Assembly (NCBI GenBank): GCA_964490365.1 | Contig: CAZBAG010000001.1 | Coordinates: 129,512 to 193,511 of the forward strand | Length of the DNA stretch: 64,000 nucleotides | Reading direction: 5' to 3' | Source of the DNA: an uncultured Candidatus Saccharibacteria bacterium | GTDB lineage: Bacteria > Patescibacteriota > Minisyncoccia > Phycocordibacterales > CSBR16-119 | In this document: piece after piece, positions 18,555-28,209 of the stretch | Layout of the letters: the number at the start of each line of letters is the position of its first letter | Numbering within the stretch: the first letter of the stretch is position 1 | Made by a program: the position numbers and the translations under genes | Notes under the pieces: generated by a model | Seen by the model: only the letters and a program-made list of their open reading frames with translations | The model's database searches: none | What the model was told of the DNA's origin: nothing

Positions 18555-19952
18555 TTATCGTCGATACGAGGGTTTTCTTTTTGAGGAAAAATTTCTTCTT
18601 GGAGATGAGGTCTTAGTCTCTGGTGATTTGTGTATATCAGATTCATGCACAAACGTAAGCGCTGTTCCCTTGTTTGCTCCACGACCTGTTCGCCCAATGC
18701 GGTGCGTGTAGTCTTCGTTTGTTTGTGGAATCGTATAGTTGATAACGTGTGTTACACCTTTAATATCAAGTCCTCGAGCAGCAACATCAGTCGCAACAAG
18801 TATCGTTACGTGGTTCTTTTCAAACGAATCAATCGCTTTTCTTCGTTGATTTTGTCTCTTATCACCGTGAATAGACTCAACCAAAAAGCCGTCTCGTGAG
18901 AGTTCTTTTGAAAGTTTGTCTACTTGTCTTTTTGTTTCAGTAAACACAAGCACTTTGTCAAAACCATCTTCACTCAAGAGTCGCTTAAGCTCACTTAATT
19001 TGTGTGCTTCGTCAGTAACTTTGACAATGTCTTGATCGATATTACTTACACTACTTCGTGACGCCACTTCAACAGTCACCGGATTGTTAGTGAATTTTTC
19101 AATCAAACTTTTAATATTACTTGGCATGGTCGCTGAGAAGAACAGAGATTGTCGTTCTTGTTTCAGGTTGTTTAATACAAGAGTAATAGGTTCAATAAAG
19201 CCCATATCGAGCATGTGGTCAACTTCATCGAGCACAATATTCCCGATCGTAGCATATCGAATATTTCCTCGATCGCTTAAATCTTTAACGCGACCCGGAG
19301 TTCCGATAATAAAATTTGGTTTTCTATTGAGGTCGTTAATTTGTTTCCAAATTGGCATACCACCAACGCACAGAGCAGAATACATGCCCATACCCATAGA
19401 AAATGCTTTAAATTCTTTATCAATTTGTATTGCCAACTCGCGAGTAGGTGCAAGGATGAGAACGATGTTACTTTTATCAGCAACTACTTTTGTAATGAGT
19501 GGCAGAAGAAAGGCACCCGTCTTTCCTGTTCCCGTGTTTGCAAGCCCAACAACATCTCGTCCTTCTAAAATATACGGAATTGATTGGTCTTGAATATGAG
19601 TTGGTGTAATAAATCCTTTTGCTTTTAGATTTTCTTGTAGTTTATTTGAAAATTTAAAATCTGCGAAGACATGTTTAATCGCTGGAAGCGTAACTTCTGA
19701 GACTTCCGAAGAAGCTTTTCGTACAAATTTTGAAATATCTGCAGTACTTTTTCGTGGGCCTCTCTTATTGTTACCCTTACCACCAAAACGCTTTCGCGGA
19801 GAAAACTTTTTTGAAAAACCACCAGAAGAAGAAAATGTTTTTCGTTCACCTGATTGTCCGTTTCCAGATTTTTGTTTTGAGAAACTTCTTTTTGGACGAG
19901 AAGAGTTTTTGCCTGATGATCGGCTGTGCGTCATATTGTTCATACTATACAT
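18555..19952 (-). CDS. DEAD/DEAH-box RNA helicase
   Basis: Q motif, ANTGTGKT, PTRELA, DEVD, SAT, HRIGRTGR; start uncertain (19934-19952). Confidence 0.95.
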   Translation of the reverse strand: MYSMNNMTHSRSSGKNSSRPKRSFSKQKSGNGQSGERKTFSSSGGFSKKFSPRKRFGGKGNNKRGPRKSTADISKFVRKASSEVSEVTLPAIKHVFADFKFSNKLQENLKAKGFITPTHIQDQSIPYILEGRDVVGLANTGTGKTGAFLLPLITKVVADKSNIVLILAPTRELAIQIDKEFKAFSMGMGMYSALCVGGMPIWKQINDLNRKPNFIIGTPGRVKDLSDRGNIRYATIGNIVLDEVDHMLDMGFIEPITLVLNNLKQERQSLFFSATMPSNIKSLIEKFTNNPVTVEVASRSSVSNIDQDIVKVTDEAHKLSELKRLLSEDGFDKVLVFTETKRQVDKLSKELSRDGFLVESIHGDKRQNQRRKAIDSFEKNHVTILVATDVAARGLDIKGVTHVINYTIPQTNEDYTHRIGRTGRGANKGTALTFVHESDIHKSPETKTSSPRRNFSSKRKPSYRR

Positions 19953-20100
19953 ACCGTGGCAGTGCCACTTTAAATTATTAAAATCTCGAATTGCCTCATA
20001 GAACATCGAAATTAATAACTTTTTCGGAAATCTACAGAACAATATTTGATTGTAAGACAATTATACCACGACTTTATTTAAAATGCAAGGCTCAATCTAC

Positions 20101-20388
20101 CTATATAAATATCAGTCTCACTGTAATGGTCTCCCCAGCAAAAATATCTTCTTTTTCACGAACTGCTTTTTTAAGCGCAACCAAGTACGTCTCTTCCCTT
20201 GTATATGGAAAAAGTGATGTTTGCCAAGAGGTTTTTCCAACTTTTGCCAGAACTCTTACAAAACCACCACCATATGTTTTTTGAGTTTTTCGTATTTTTA
20301 CTGCAATATCCTTTGGTAAATACACAAAATGCCAACCCAGATTTCCCGTCCAGATAACAACTTTTGCTGAAAAACTGACTCTTTTCAT
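20101..20388 (-). CDS. DUF1905 family protein
   Basis: WHFVYLP, WQTSLFP, YLVALKKAVR. Confidence 0.8.
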   Translation of the reverse strand: MKRVSFSAKVVIWTGNLGWHFVYLPKDIAVKIRKTQKTYGGGFVRVLAKVGKTSWQTSLFPYTREETYLVALKKAVREKEDIFAGETITVRLIFI

Positions 20389-20390
20389 TA

Positions 20391-20609
20391 CTAGAGCTTA
20401 CTAATTTCTTTGAGGTCTCCGTCCGGAAGGAAAAGGATAAGAAGTCCGAGTAGGATACCACCAATAGCGGTAAAAGTGTGACTTCCCCCAAACACTGCAA
20501 TGTCGATATAGTCGAGTATGTACCAAACGCCTCGCCACATCAGCACTAACCCGATAACAATTGAAAGATTTTGGGCAATATACCCGATACTTATATTACT
20601 TTTTTTCAT
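20391..20609 (-). CDS. Small two-TM membrane protein
   Basis: 72 aa, WRGVW..LD motif. Confidence 0.7.
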   Translation of the reverse strand: MKKSNISIGYIAQNLSIVIGLVLMWRGVWYILDYIDIAVFGGSHTFTAIGGILLGLLILFLPDGDLKEISKL

Positions 20610-20687
20610 GTACGAATTATATCATTTTTATTTGTATGATAAAATAAAAAAACGCTTGCGCGTACTTATTAGCTAATATAAAAAAAC

Positions 20688-21353
20688 ATGAAAATAGTAT
20701 TACTACTTATTTTAATTGCTGGCGCCACTTTTCTGTATTTCAAATCAGATAAAAAAACAACAACTCCAGAAACAGCAAATGAATCTACTTCCCCACAAGG
20801 TGAAGAGGTTTCAAAAGATGTTGAAGGAACATTTGTTGTTGATGGTGACACGAGTAGTGCAAAATGGACTGGAAGTAAAAAAATTATTAAGAACTACTAT
20901 GACTCTGGAACTATCGTAATCAAAAGCGGGTCGGCTTCTTTTGATCAAGGAATTGTGACAAAAGGTGAAGTTGTTTTTGATATGAAATCAATTACAGCAA
21001 CGTCAACAGGTAAAGGTGACGGACAAGATAAACTGACTAGTCATTTACAATCAGACGACTTCTTTGCTGTTACAACACACCCTGAAGCAAAATATGTTGT
21101 AACCTCATCAGAAAAAACAAGTTCTGGTATTCTCTTAAAAGGAAACCTAACACTTAAGGGTAAAACTGCTCCGCTTGATATTCCAGCAGTAGTAACCATG
21201 GACAACGGAAATGTTGTAATCATTGGAACTGCAGAGGTGAACCGATCAACATGGGATGTAAAATACGGCTCAGAAACATTCTTCGATAACCTTGGAGACA
21301 ATGTGATTAACGACATGTTTACTCTAGAATTTAAAGTTGTAGCGAGACCATAA
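20688..21353 (+). CDS. YceI-like lipid-binding protein
   Basis: HLQSDDFF, GNLTLKGKT, NRSTWDVKYGS; terminator 21361-21390. Confidence 0.9.
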   Translation: MKIVLLLILIAGATFLYFKSDKKTTTPETANESTSPQGEEVSKDVEGTFVVDGDTSSAKWTGSKKIIKNYYDSGTIVIKSGSASFDQGIVTKGEVVFDMKSITATSTGKGDGQDKLTSHLQSDDFFAVTTHPEAKYVVTSSEKTSSGILLKGNLTLKGKTAPLDIPAVVTMDNGNVVIIGTAEVNRSTWDVKYGSETFFDNLGDNVINDMFTLEFKVVARP

Positions 21354-21396
21354 GACACAATAAAACACCGTCCTTCCGGACGGTGTTTTATATTTC

Positions 21397-21990
21397 TTAA
21401 AACTTAGTAGTAAGCCACCCTTTCATTTGCTTCACTTCTTTGTCTTGAGCTTCAAGAATAGCATTACTTATAGTGATAATTTCTTCTCTTTTTGAAAAAC
21501 CAAGTGCTTGCCCAGCCATCATGATCGCACCCATGTGGTGTACGATCATATCTTCCAAAAACACTTTATCTAATTCTTTTCCAGACAGTTTGGTTACATC
21601 TCTCATCATTGGTACATATGATGTATCTGCAACATATGGTGCGTCAAACCAAATCTCGTGCCAGCGTTTCATTTCTTGAATTTCAGTAGTTTGTGAAGAA
21701 ACAATATTTTCTGCAAGAGTCTTTATCTCAGGAAAGCTTCCACCCCGAGCCAAAACCTCCTGTGCGGTATCCACTGCTTCTTGATGATGAGGTATCATAC
21801 CTTGGATAAATTCCTGATCATTTTCTACTTTCATAGATGAGTGACCGCTACTATTCATAATCGTACCGTCTGACATAACGTGCATACCATTTTCCATCAT
21901 TGCTGGATGAGATGTGCTTTTCAGGATAAAAAATAAAGCAAGTCCAAGCAGAATTATTAATGCGACAATTTTTATATTTTTGTATTGCAT
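21397..21990 (-). CDS. DUF305 (CopM-like) protein
   Basis: Two MI.HH..A..MA-type helical repeats; Met/His-rich N-terminus. Confidence 0.88.
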   Translation of the reverse strand: MQYKNIKIVALIILLGLALFFILKSTSHPAMMENGMHVMSDGTIMNSSGHSSMKVENDQEFIQGMIPHHQEAVDTAQEVLARGGSFPEIKTLAENIVSSQTTEIQEMKRWHEIWFDAPYVADTSYVPMMRDVTKLSGKELDKVFLEDMIVHHMGAIMMAGQALGFSKREEIITISNAILEAQDKEVKQMKGWLTTKF

Positions 21991-21993
21991 ATA

Positions 21994-22971
21994 TTATATA
22001 AAACCTACGAGTTTTTTTACTTCGAGCATTTTCTGTTGCGCTAAAATTTTAGCTTTTTTCTCCCCTTCTTCTAGAATAGCGTAAACTTTTTCTGGATTTT
22101 TCTGCAGTTCGTCATAACGTTCTTTCATCGGTGCAAAATATGCCAACACCTTTTCAAGCAACATCTTTTTGGCATCTCCATACCCCATACCACCCTCTGA
22201 TAAACCTCTTTCCATTGCTTTTTGCTCATCTTCTGTGGCAACAAGTTTATAGAGCTGATAGATAACAACCTCTTCTGGATTTTTCTTGTCTTCTGGATTT
22301 TTCGAATCGGTTACAATACCCATAACAGCTTTTTTAATCTCATCTTCAGAACCAAACAGCGGTATAACATTTTTATAACTCTTGCTCATTTTTTGTCCGT
22401 CTATTCCTGGTACCACAGCCACTTCTTCACGAATCATTTCTTTTGGCTCCTTAAAGACTTCTCCGAAAGCTTGATTAAATTTACGGGCAAGCTCTCGTGC
22501 CATCTCAACGTGTTGCGCTTGATCTTGTCCCACAGGAACAACATCTGCGTCATACATTAAGATATCTGCCGCCATAAGCACCGGATAATCAAATGTACCG
22601 ACATTTATTTCTTTATCCTTAGCTTCTGCGTCTTTAAAAGCATGAGCACGCATAAGCCATGGCATCGTTACAAGCGTATTGAGAATCCAAGTAAGCTCTG
22701 TATGTTCAGGTAAGGTTGATTGTCTATAGAGTGTCACTTTTTCAGGATCAAGCCCGACGGCAAGATATGCGCAGATTAAGTCAAAAGACAGTTTCTTCAT
22801 TTCTTCCCTGTTTGAGATAGAGTTTAGTGCGTGATAGTCAGCTAAAAACACATGCGAATCAAACTCACCAGAGTTTTGCATTTCTACGAATTGCTTTATC
22901 GCACCAAAATAATTTCCAAGATGGAGATTTCCTGTTGGCTTAATACCAGACACTAATATTTTTTTAGACAT
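21994..22971 (-). CDS. trpS: Tryptophan-tRNA ligase
   Basis: PTGNLHLGNY, YPVLMAADIL, VPVGQDQ, KMSKS. Confidence 0.97.
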   Translation of the reverse strand: MSKKILVSGIKPTGNLHLGNYFGAIKQFVEMQNSGEFDSHVFLADYHALNSISNREEMKKLSFDLICAYLAVGLDPEKVTLYRQSTLPEHTELTWILNTLVTMPWLMRAHAFKDAEAKDKEINVGTFDYPVLMAADILMYDADVVPVGQDQAQHVEMARELARKFNQAFGEVFKEPKEMIREEVAVVPGIDGQKMSKSYKNVIPLFGSEDEIKKAVMGIVTDSKNPEDKKNPEEVVIYQLYKLVATEDEQKAMERGLSEGGMGYGDAKKMLLEKVLAYFAPMKERYDELQKNPEKVYAILEEGEKKAKILAQQKMLEVKKLVGFI

Positions 22972-23003
22972 AGCGTTATTGTAACAAAATTCACTTTATA
23001 TAC

Positions 23004-23190
23004 AAAAAGAACCCCGCTCTGGTAAGGAGCGGGGTTCCGGAGCGGGGATCACCTCTGTCACGCCTTCAACTTGGAACCAAGGTAAGGTTTTGGATACATT
23101 TGAATCAGGTTAAACAAAAGTTACCCCTACATTCTGCCCACAAAAAAGACGACCATTTTGCGGGGCAGCCAAAGAACGTCTGATCGTCGA
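23004..23190 (-). ncRNA. Candidate small RNA or micro-ORF unit C
   Basis: TATAAT 23196-23201 (-), internal hairpin, terminator 23004-23037; only a 13-codon ORF (23058-23099). Confidence 0.4.
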
Positions 23191-23221
23191 AGAGAATTAT
23201 ACGCTTCTCTTATTAAAAATG

Positions 23222-23372
23222 AAAGAACCCATCGCCTTGGCGATGGGTTCTCAGTTGGGATTGCAAACCCCAGGAGAACTGCGATTCTCCAAACTGCAGA
23301 AAAATTTTTTGTGCGCGTGAGGTTGAATCTAACAACAGCTGCCGCCCCGTGGCGGGATTCAAAAGAACAGGA
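23222..23372 (-). ncRNA. Candidate small RNA unit B
   Basis: TTGACA(23400-23405)-N16-TATAGT(23378-23383) with TG extension; several hairpins; terminator 23222-23251; no ATG-led ORF. Confidence 0.5.
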
Positions 23373-23422
23373 ATTTGACTATATCATATTTAATATATTT
23401 GTCAAGCGTCTATAGAAACAAC

Positions 23423-23612
23423 AAAGGAGCCTCTAAGGCTCCTAGGTTAGAAATTATTTCTCAATCTGGAGGGGCGCGAATCTCCGAATATGCCTTGCAA
23501 GAAATGATGGGTTCTCAGCCCTATTTCCTGTTTAGATTGTGAATATAACTCCTGTGAAAGAACTATTACGGCGGTCGTGACTGTGTCATCCGTTTTACTT
23601 TTTGTTTTGGAT
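23423..23612 (-). ncRNA. Candidate small RNA or micro-ORF unit A
   Basis: TTGACA 23640-23645 (-) with weak -10; A/C leader into 7-codon ORF MTQSRPP; terminator 23423-23443. Confidence 0.4.
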
Positions 23613-23697
23613 TTACTTTTTAAACTATTTTAAAGAAAATGTCAAGAAAAAAGCCAAACTCACCTTGTGAGTTTGGCTTTTTAGTAGGCACGTTGAC

Positions 23698-24033
23698 CTA
23701 CTTCTTCTTCCCGGTCTTCGTCTTGTGAGTATAGACAGATGATCGACCGAGCGCAGTAGTAAGCTGTCCGAATGGAACAATTCGAAGTCTCTTTGTTCCG
23801 AGAAGATTGGTGATGTACCGACGATCACTGCCGTCGGGCTTTGGGGACTCATCCTGATAAGGACTTGCCATGGGACGAACCTTGGCGGTAGCACAGCCAG
23901 AGGTCGCATGGTCCACACGATCATCACACTCGTCTTCGAAAAACTTGAGGATCTCAGGAGATGCCACATCTTCATCGGCACCACCTTCTTGAACAACAAG
24001 AATCTTCTTGTCTACTACTTCTGTCCTAAGCAT
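23698..24033 (-). CDS. Hypothetical protein (cassette-type orphan)
   Basis: Leader aaaaccaaaccaaaccaaaccATG; TTGACA(24101-24106)-N16-TATAAT; terminator 23647-23682. Confidence 0.75.
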   Translation of the reverse strand: MLRTEVVDKKILVVQEGGADEDVASPEILKFFEDECDDRVDHATSGCATAKVRPMASPYQDESPKPDGSDRRYITNLLGTKRLRIVPFGQLTTALGRSSVYTHKTKTGKKK

Positions 24034-24169
24034 GGTTTGGTTTGGTTTGGTTTTTTTTGGAAGATCAACTCAAGCAATATTATACTATATTAATTTTATA
24101 TGTCAAACTCTTTTTCCACTCTATCCACACAGAAACTTCTCACCACATCAATATGCTAAAATCAGACCA

Positions 24170-25573
24170 ATGAGTAATCCACACACCATGCGAATACCTC
24201 CCCACAGTCTTGAATCAGAACGGGCTGTTTTAGGTTCAATCATGCTTCGCCCAGATGCGCTGAACGAAATTATCGACACCATCTTCGCCGATTCTTTTTA
24301 TGCTGAAAAACATCGGATGATTTATAAATCGATGCTCGATTTGTTTAATAAAAATGAACCGATTGATCTTCTTTCAGCTACAACAAAACTTAAAGAAAAA
24401 AACCAACTTGAAGCAATTGGTGGACGTTCGTACATTGTTGAACTCACCACGTCGGTACCAGCCTCAACAAACGTTAAGCACTACGCGCAAATTGTGTTTA
24501 AAAAACACGTCCTAAGAAAACTTATCGAGGCTGGAGAATTTATGGCTGAAACAGCTTTTGCTGAAAGTACCGATGCCGTGGAAGATATTTTAGATAGCGT
24601 CGAGAAAAAAGTATTTGCTGTTACCAACGCTGGTGGTGGTGATAAAAAGTTTGTCAGCATCAAGCAATCACTTCACGAAACATGGGAAGAAATCGAAAAA
24701 CTCCAAGAGGCAAAGGGTGGCATGCGAGGTGTGCCAACAGGTTATCCAGCACTCGATAATATTTTGGCAGGGTTACAAAGGTCAGATCTTATTATTCTTG
24801 CTGCTCGTCCATCAGTCGGTAAAACCACGCTAGCGCTCGATATTGCTCGAAATGCAGCAACTAAACACGCGGCGTCTGTGGCTATTTTCTCACTTGAAAT
24901 GAGCGCTAACCAATTAACACAACGAATGCTTGCCGCTGAATCAAAAGTAAATGCTTGGAAACTTCGAACAGGTAAACTTTCTACCGAACAAGAGTTCTCT
25001 GCTCTTCGAGACTCGTTGAACGAACTTTCTAAAGCAAAGATTTTTATCGACGACCAAGCCGGAAACTCTATTATGAAAATGAAGTCCGTTGCACGCAAAA
25101 TGAAAAGTGAACATGGGCTCGATCTAATTGTTGTCGATTACTTGCAACTTATGATGACCAGTAAAAACCACGACTCAATGGTAAACCAAGTTACCGAAAT
25201 TTCACGATCACTTAAGGGGCTCGCTCGTGAACTTGATGTACCCGTGCTTGCGCTTTCTCAGCTTTCCCGAGCCGTGGAGTCTCGTGGTGGTAAACCTCGC
25301 CTTTCAGACCTTCGAGACTCTGGATCTATCGAGCAGGACGCCGACGTCGTTATGTTTATCCACCGAGAAGACCGGGCTGGTAATACAAGATCAGATACTG
25401 AAAGTACCGGTATGACCGAAGTACTTGTCGAAAAGCACAGAAATGGACCACTTGGAAAAGCCGATCTGTACTTCGACGAAAAGAATTCAACATTTCTTCC
25501 TATTGAAAAACACATGGAAGGATACACTGCGGCCACCGAGTCTGGAGCGACTTCAGCGTTTAACGACTTTTAA
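24170..25573 (+). CDS. dnaB: Replicative DNA helicase
   Basis: PPHSLESE, AARPSVGKT, VDYLQL, LSQLSR, SDLRDSGSIEQDAD; start moved to 24170. Confidence 0.97.
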   Translation: MSNPHTMRIPPHSLESERAVLGSIMLRPDALNEIIDTIFADSFYAEKHRMIYKSMLDLFNKNEPIDLLSATTKLKEKNQLEAIGGRSYIVELTTSVPASTNVKHYAQIVFKKHVLRKLIEAGEFMAETAFAESTDAVEDILDSVEKKVFAVTNAGGGDKKFVSIKQSLHETWEEIEKLQEAKGGMRGVPTGYPALDNILAGLQRSDLIILAARPSVGKTTLALDIARNAATKHAASVAIFSLEMSANQLTQRMLAAESKVNAWKLRTGKLSTEQEFSALRDSLNELSKAKIFIDDQAGNSIMKMKSVARKMKSEHGLDLIVVDYLQLMMTSKNHDSMVNQVTEISRSLKGLARELDVPVLALSQLSRAVESRGGKPRLSDLRDSGSIEQDADVVMFIHREDRAGNTRSDTESTGMTEVLVEKHRNGPLGKADLYFDEKNSTFLPIEKHMEGYTAATESGATSAFNDF

Positions 25574-25576
25574 CAC

Positions 25577-26179
25577 ATGACAAATTCTATTGAAAAACTA
25601 GCAGAGCTTTTTGAAAAATTTCCTGGTGTTGGAAAACGACAAGCAAAACGATTTGTGTATTTTTTACTGCGTAAAAATTCTGGATACAGCAAAGATATTG
25701 CCGATGCAATCTTAAACCTTAAGAAAAATATCAGACTCTGTGAAGAAAGTTTCCAGTTTTTCTATTCAGAAACTGGACAGACGCTTTCACCTATCGCTCG
25801 CGACGAACACCGAGACAGTGCAAAACTCATGGTTGTAGAAAAAGATTCTGACCTTGAGAATATCGAACGCATGGGCGTTTACAATGGAAAATATTTTGTA
25901 CTTGGTGGTTCAATACCAGTACTTTCAAAAGAACCCGCACAATATATTCGCGAAGCAGAACTTCAGAAACTTCTTGAAAAGAAAAAAGATATCATTAAGG
26001 AAATCATTTTAGCACTGAGCTTAAACCCACAAGGAGAAAACACGTTGGAATATTTACAAAAACATTTAGAAAAATTTGGTATTAAAATTTCTATTCTCGG
26101 ACGAGGCCTCTCAACAGGTACCGAACTTGAATATTCAGACAAAGATACGTTTCTTTCGGCGTTTGATAACAGGAAATAG
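25577..26179 (+). CDS. recR: Recombination mediator RecR with degenerate zinc finger
   Basis: FPGVGKRQAKR HhH, TOPRIM VVE, GTELEYSD; terminator 26180-26210. Confidence 0.92.
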   Translation: MTNSIEKLAELFEKFPGVGKRQAKRFVYFLLRKNSGYSKDIADAILNLKKNIRLCEESFQFFYSETGQTLSPIARDEHRDSAKLMVVEKDSDLENIERMGVYNGKYFVLGGSIPVLSKEPAQYIREAELQKLLEKKKDIIKEIILALSLNPQGENTLEYLQKHLEKFGIKISILGRGLSTGTELEYSDKDTFLSAFDNRK

Positions 26180-26226
26180 AAAAGAGCTAGCAGTACTGCT
26201 AGCTCTTTTTGCTTGACCACGCGTGG

Positions 26227-26634
26227 TCACAGTTTCGGCATCACCGGCTGGATGTAGGTCCCACCGTACAAGTTCCTGATCTCCAACATGTAGGTGGGGA
26301 CACCGTTCGGAAGCAGGGTAAACTTCACACCCTGTACAGCTTCCCAACCAATAGCTGAATCTGCAGAAGTGATACGCTCAAGGGTATCACGACCCTGAAT
26401 GAAGTACATCGGGAATTGAAGTGTGTCTTCTTTGTTGTACTTCACTGTTACGGTGCAGGTGCCTTTTCCTGTTTCAGGATTACGGCACTCCTCTTCCATA
26501 CCAACGATCTCCACCGACCTGCCGGCCATGTTGTGGAAATTCAACCCGACAGAGTCATTCGTAGCCTGTTGAGCACTCAGCGTGCTTGTGAATCCGAAAA
26601 CCATCGCGAACATGAGAAGGAGCTGTTTCATCAT
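26227..26634 (-). CDS. Secreted protein (cassette-type orphan)
   Basis: Signal peptide MMKQLLLMFAMVFGFTSTLSA-Q; TTGACA(26697-26702)-N16-TATAAT. Confidence 0.78.
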   Translation of the reverse strand: MMKQLLLMFAMVFGFTSTLSAQQATNDSVGLNFHNMAGRSVEIVGMEEECRNPETGKGTCTVTVKYNKEDTLQFPMYFIQGRDTLERITSADSAIGWEAVQGVKFTLLPNGVPTYMLEIRNLYGGTYIQPVMPKL

Positions 26635-26763
26635 CTGTTTGTTTGTACCCTGGTAAGAGGGTGGTTCGTTATCTATTATACACAAAATAGCCTTTTTGTC
26701 AAGTATATAAATCCAAGAGGAAACCCCTGCTGTGTGCAGGGGTTTTCTTACGTTATGATGTCC

Positions 26764-27195
26764 TTATTCAGGAACCAAGCCGGATGATTGTTCTTCTGTC
26801 GGCCAGACTTCAAAGGCAGTAACTTGTTGCCCCCCGAAGCATAGCTTCTCATCTTGAACTGAGAACATAGCCGTAGTGGCAAATTCATAGCCACCAAAAA
26901 CCTTGATAAGAAAGATAGGGGTTGTGCGAAAGTTCTCTTCTCCAACAACTCGTGGATAAAGGTAGAACTGTCCAACGACAGACTTATCCACGGCATCACC
27001 AGGAAGGAATAGTCGTGGTTTCCCCTCTTGTGTTGTGGAAACTTCGACACGTGACACATCGAACGAGATACCGCTGTGTTGCTGGTGTACAGGATTCAAC
27101 ACGTAGCCGCCATCACCAGTAGCTTTGGCATACTGAGCATTGGACATTACCGCGCCGATCAAACAGCAAAAAAGAAAGGACAGGAAAAATTTCAT
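26764..27195 (-). CDS. Secreted protein (cassette-type orphan)
   Basis: Signal peptide ...AVMSNA-Q; TTGACA(27237-27242)-N17-TACTAT; terminator 26718-26748. Confidence 0.78.
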   Translation of the reverse strand: MKFFLSFLFCCLIGAVMSNAQYAKATGDGGYVLNPVHQQHSGISFDVSRVEVSTTQEGKPRLFLPGDAVDKSVVGQFYLYPRVVGEENFRTTPIFLIKVFGGYEFATTAMFSVQDEKLCFGGQQVTAFEVWPTEEQSSGLVPE

Positions 27196-27290
27196 CTGGT
27201 TTTATTTTTTGCTATAGTATCTAAATTTTCTTATTATGTCAAGAAAAAGCCCCCTCTTTCGAAGGGGCTGGGAGTGTGGGCGCCGTAAAT

Positions 27291-27680
27291 CTACGGATAC
27301 CCTTGAGCGGTGTCGTCTAGGGTCACGCGCATTGCGTTTACCGGTAACTTGTCCACGTAAAGACGCTGGCCATCGAAGCTAAGGCGACCCTGGGGGTCAG
27401 GAACGAAAATCGCTCGTTCACCTTGAAGACTTTTCTTTATACGAACAGTAAACGTATGTTCGCATGAGCCAACCCCAAAGTGCACTGAGGTCACTGCATT
27501 CATTGATCCCTCATACAAGAAGATGAGGCCTATCGCCCCGTCACGATCATCTTGGAAAAGATCGATTTTGGGAGAAAGGACTTTTTCCTCCGTCACTTCT
27601 TGCACTTCTTTTTGCGCTGATACTGGGGCTGTCCAAGATGGGAACAGCACCAGAAGGCTGAAAATCTTAAGGTACTTCAT
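27291..27680 (-). CDS. Secreted protein (cassette-type orphan)
   Basis: Signal peptide ...APVSA-Q; leader acaaacccaagataccATG; TTGACA(27724-27729)-N17-TACGAT; terminator 27244-27270. Confidence 0.78.
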   Translation of the reverse strand: MKYLKIFSLLVLFPSWTAPVSAQKEVQEVTEEKVLSPKIDLFQDDRDGAIGLIFLYEGSMNAVTSVHFGVGSCEHTFTVRIKKSLQGERAIFVPDPQGRLSFDGQRLYVDKLPVNAMRVTLDDTAQGYP

Positions 27681-27759
27681 GGTATCTTGGGTTTGTATTA
27701 ATCGTAGCGAAAACAAGAAGGTGTGTCAAACAAAAAATCCCCTCTTGGGGATTTTTTGT

Positions 27760-28074
27760 TTAAGAGATTTTCGCAATCTTTACTTTGAAAAATGGTTGTC
27801 GGTGACCTCGTTTTTTAAAGTAGTTACTTTTTGCTTTGTATTTAATAACAGTAACTTTATCTTCTCGGTCAATTTTTTCTAGCTTACCTTCAACTTTATT
27901 TGATACCTTTGGAGTTCCCATAGTTGTTGAAGCTCCATCGTCAACTAAAAGCACATCGTCAAAAACGATTGTGTCGCCTTCTTTGTATTCTCCAGAAAGC
28001 TTTTCAATTTGGACAGATTGTCCTTCTGAGACCTTATATTGCTTTCCTCCTGTTCTAATTACTGCGAATTTCAT
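27760..28074 (-). CDS. rplU: 50S ribosomal protein bL21
   Basis: FAVIRTGGKQYKV, GHRQ; terminator 27730-27760. Confidence 0.97.
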   Translation of the reverse strand: MKFAVIRTGGKQYKVSEGQSVQIEKLSGEYKEGDTIVFDDVLLVDDGASTTMGTPKVSNKVEGKLEKIDREDKVTVIKYKAKSNYFKKRGHRQPFFKVKIAKIS

Positions 28075-28209
28075 AACAGGGACCATTCTAACCTATTTTA
28101 AGAAAAATGCAATACCCAGATATAAGAGCCCGCCAAAGGGGTGAGATATCCCCAAAAACCCATGGTTATAAGCCTTTATTTTATAAATATACGATATAAT
28201 TTGACTAAC

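Noticed and set aside
23158-23415. 85-aa + strand ORF
   Set aside because: TTG start, runs through hairpins and opposes the - strand promoter/terminator polarity; not protein-like
24034-24060. (aaacc)n microsatellite as a phase-variation tract
   Set aside because: Only about three units, and similar but non-identical A/C tracts precede many cassettes; better explained as a leader motif
26227-27729. Integron cassette array
   Set aside because: No intI and no conserved attC (RYYYAAC...GTTRRRY) between genes; each gene has its own promoter and a different terminator sequence
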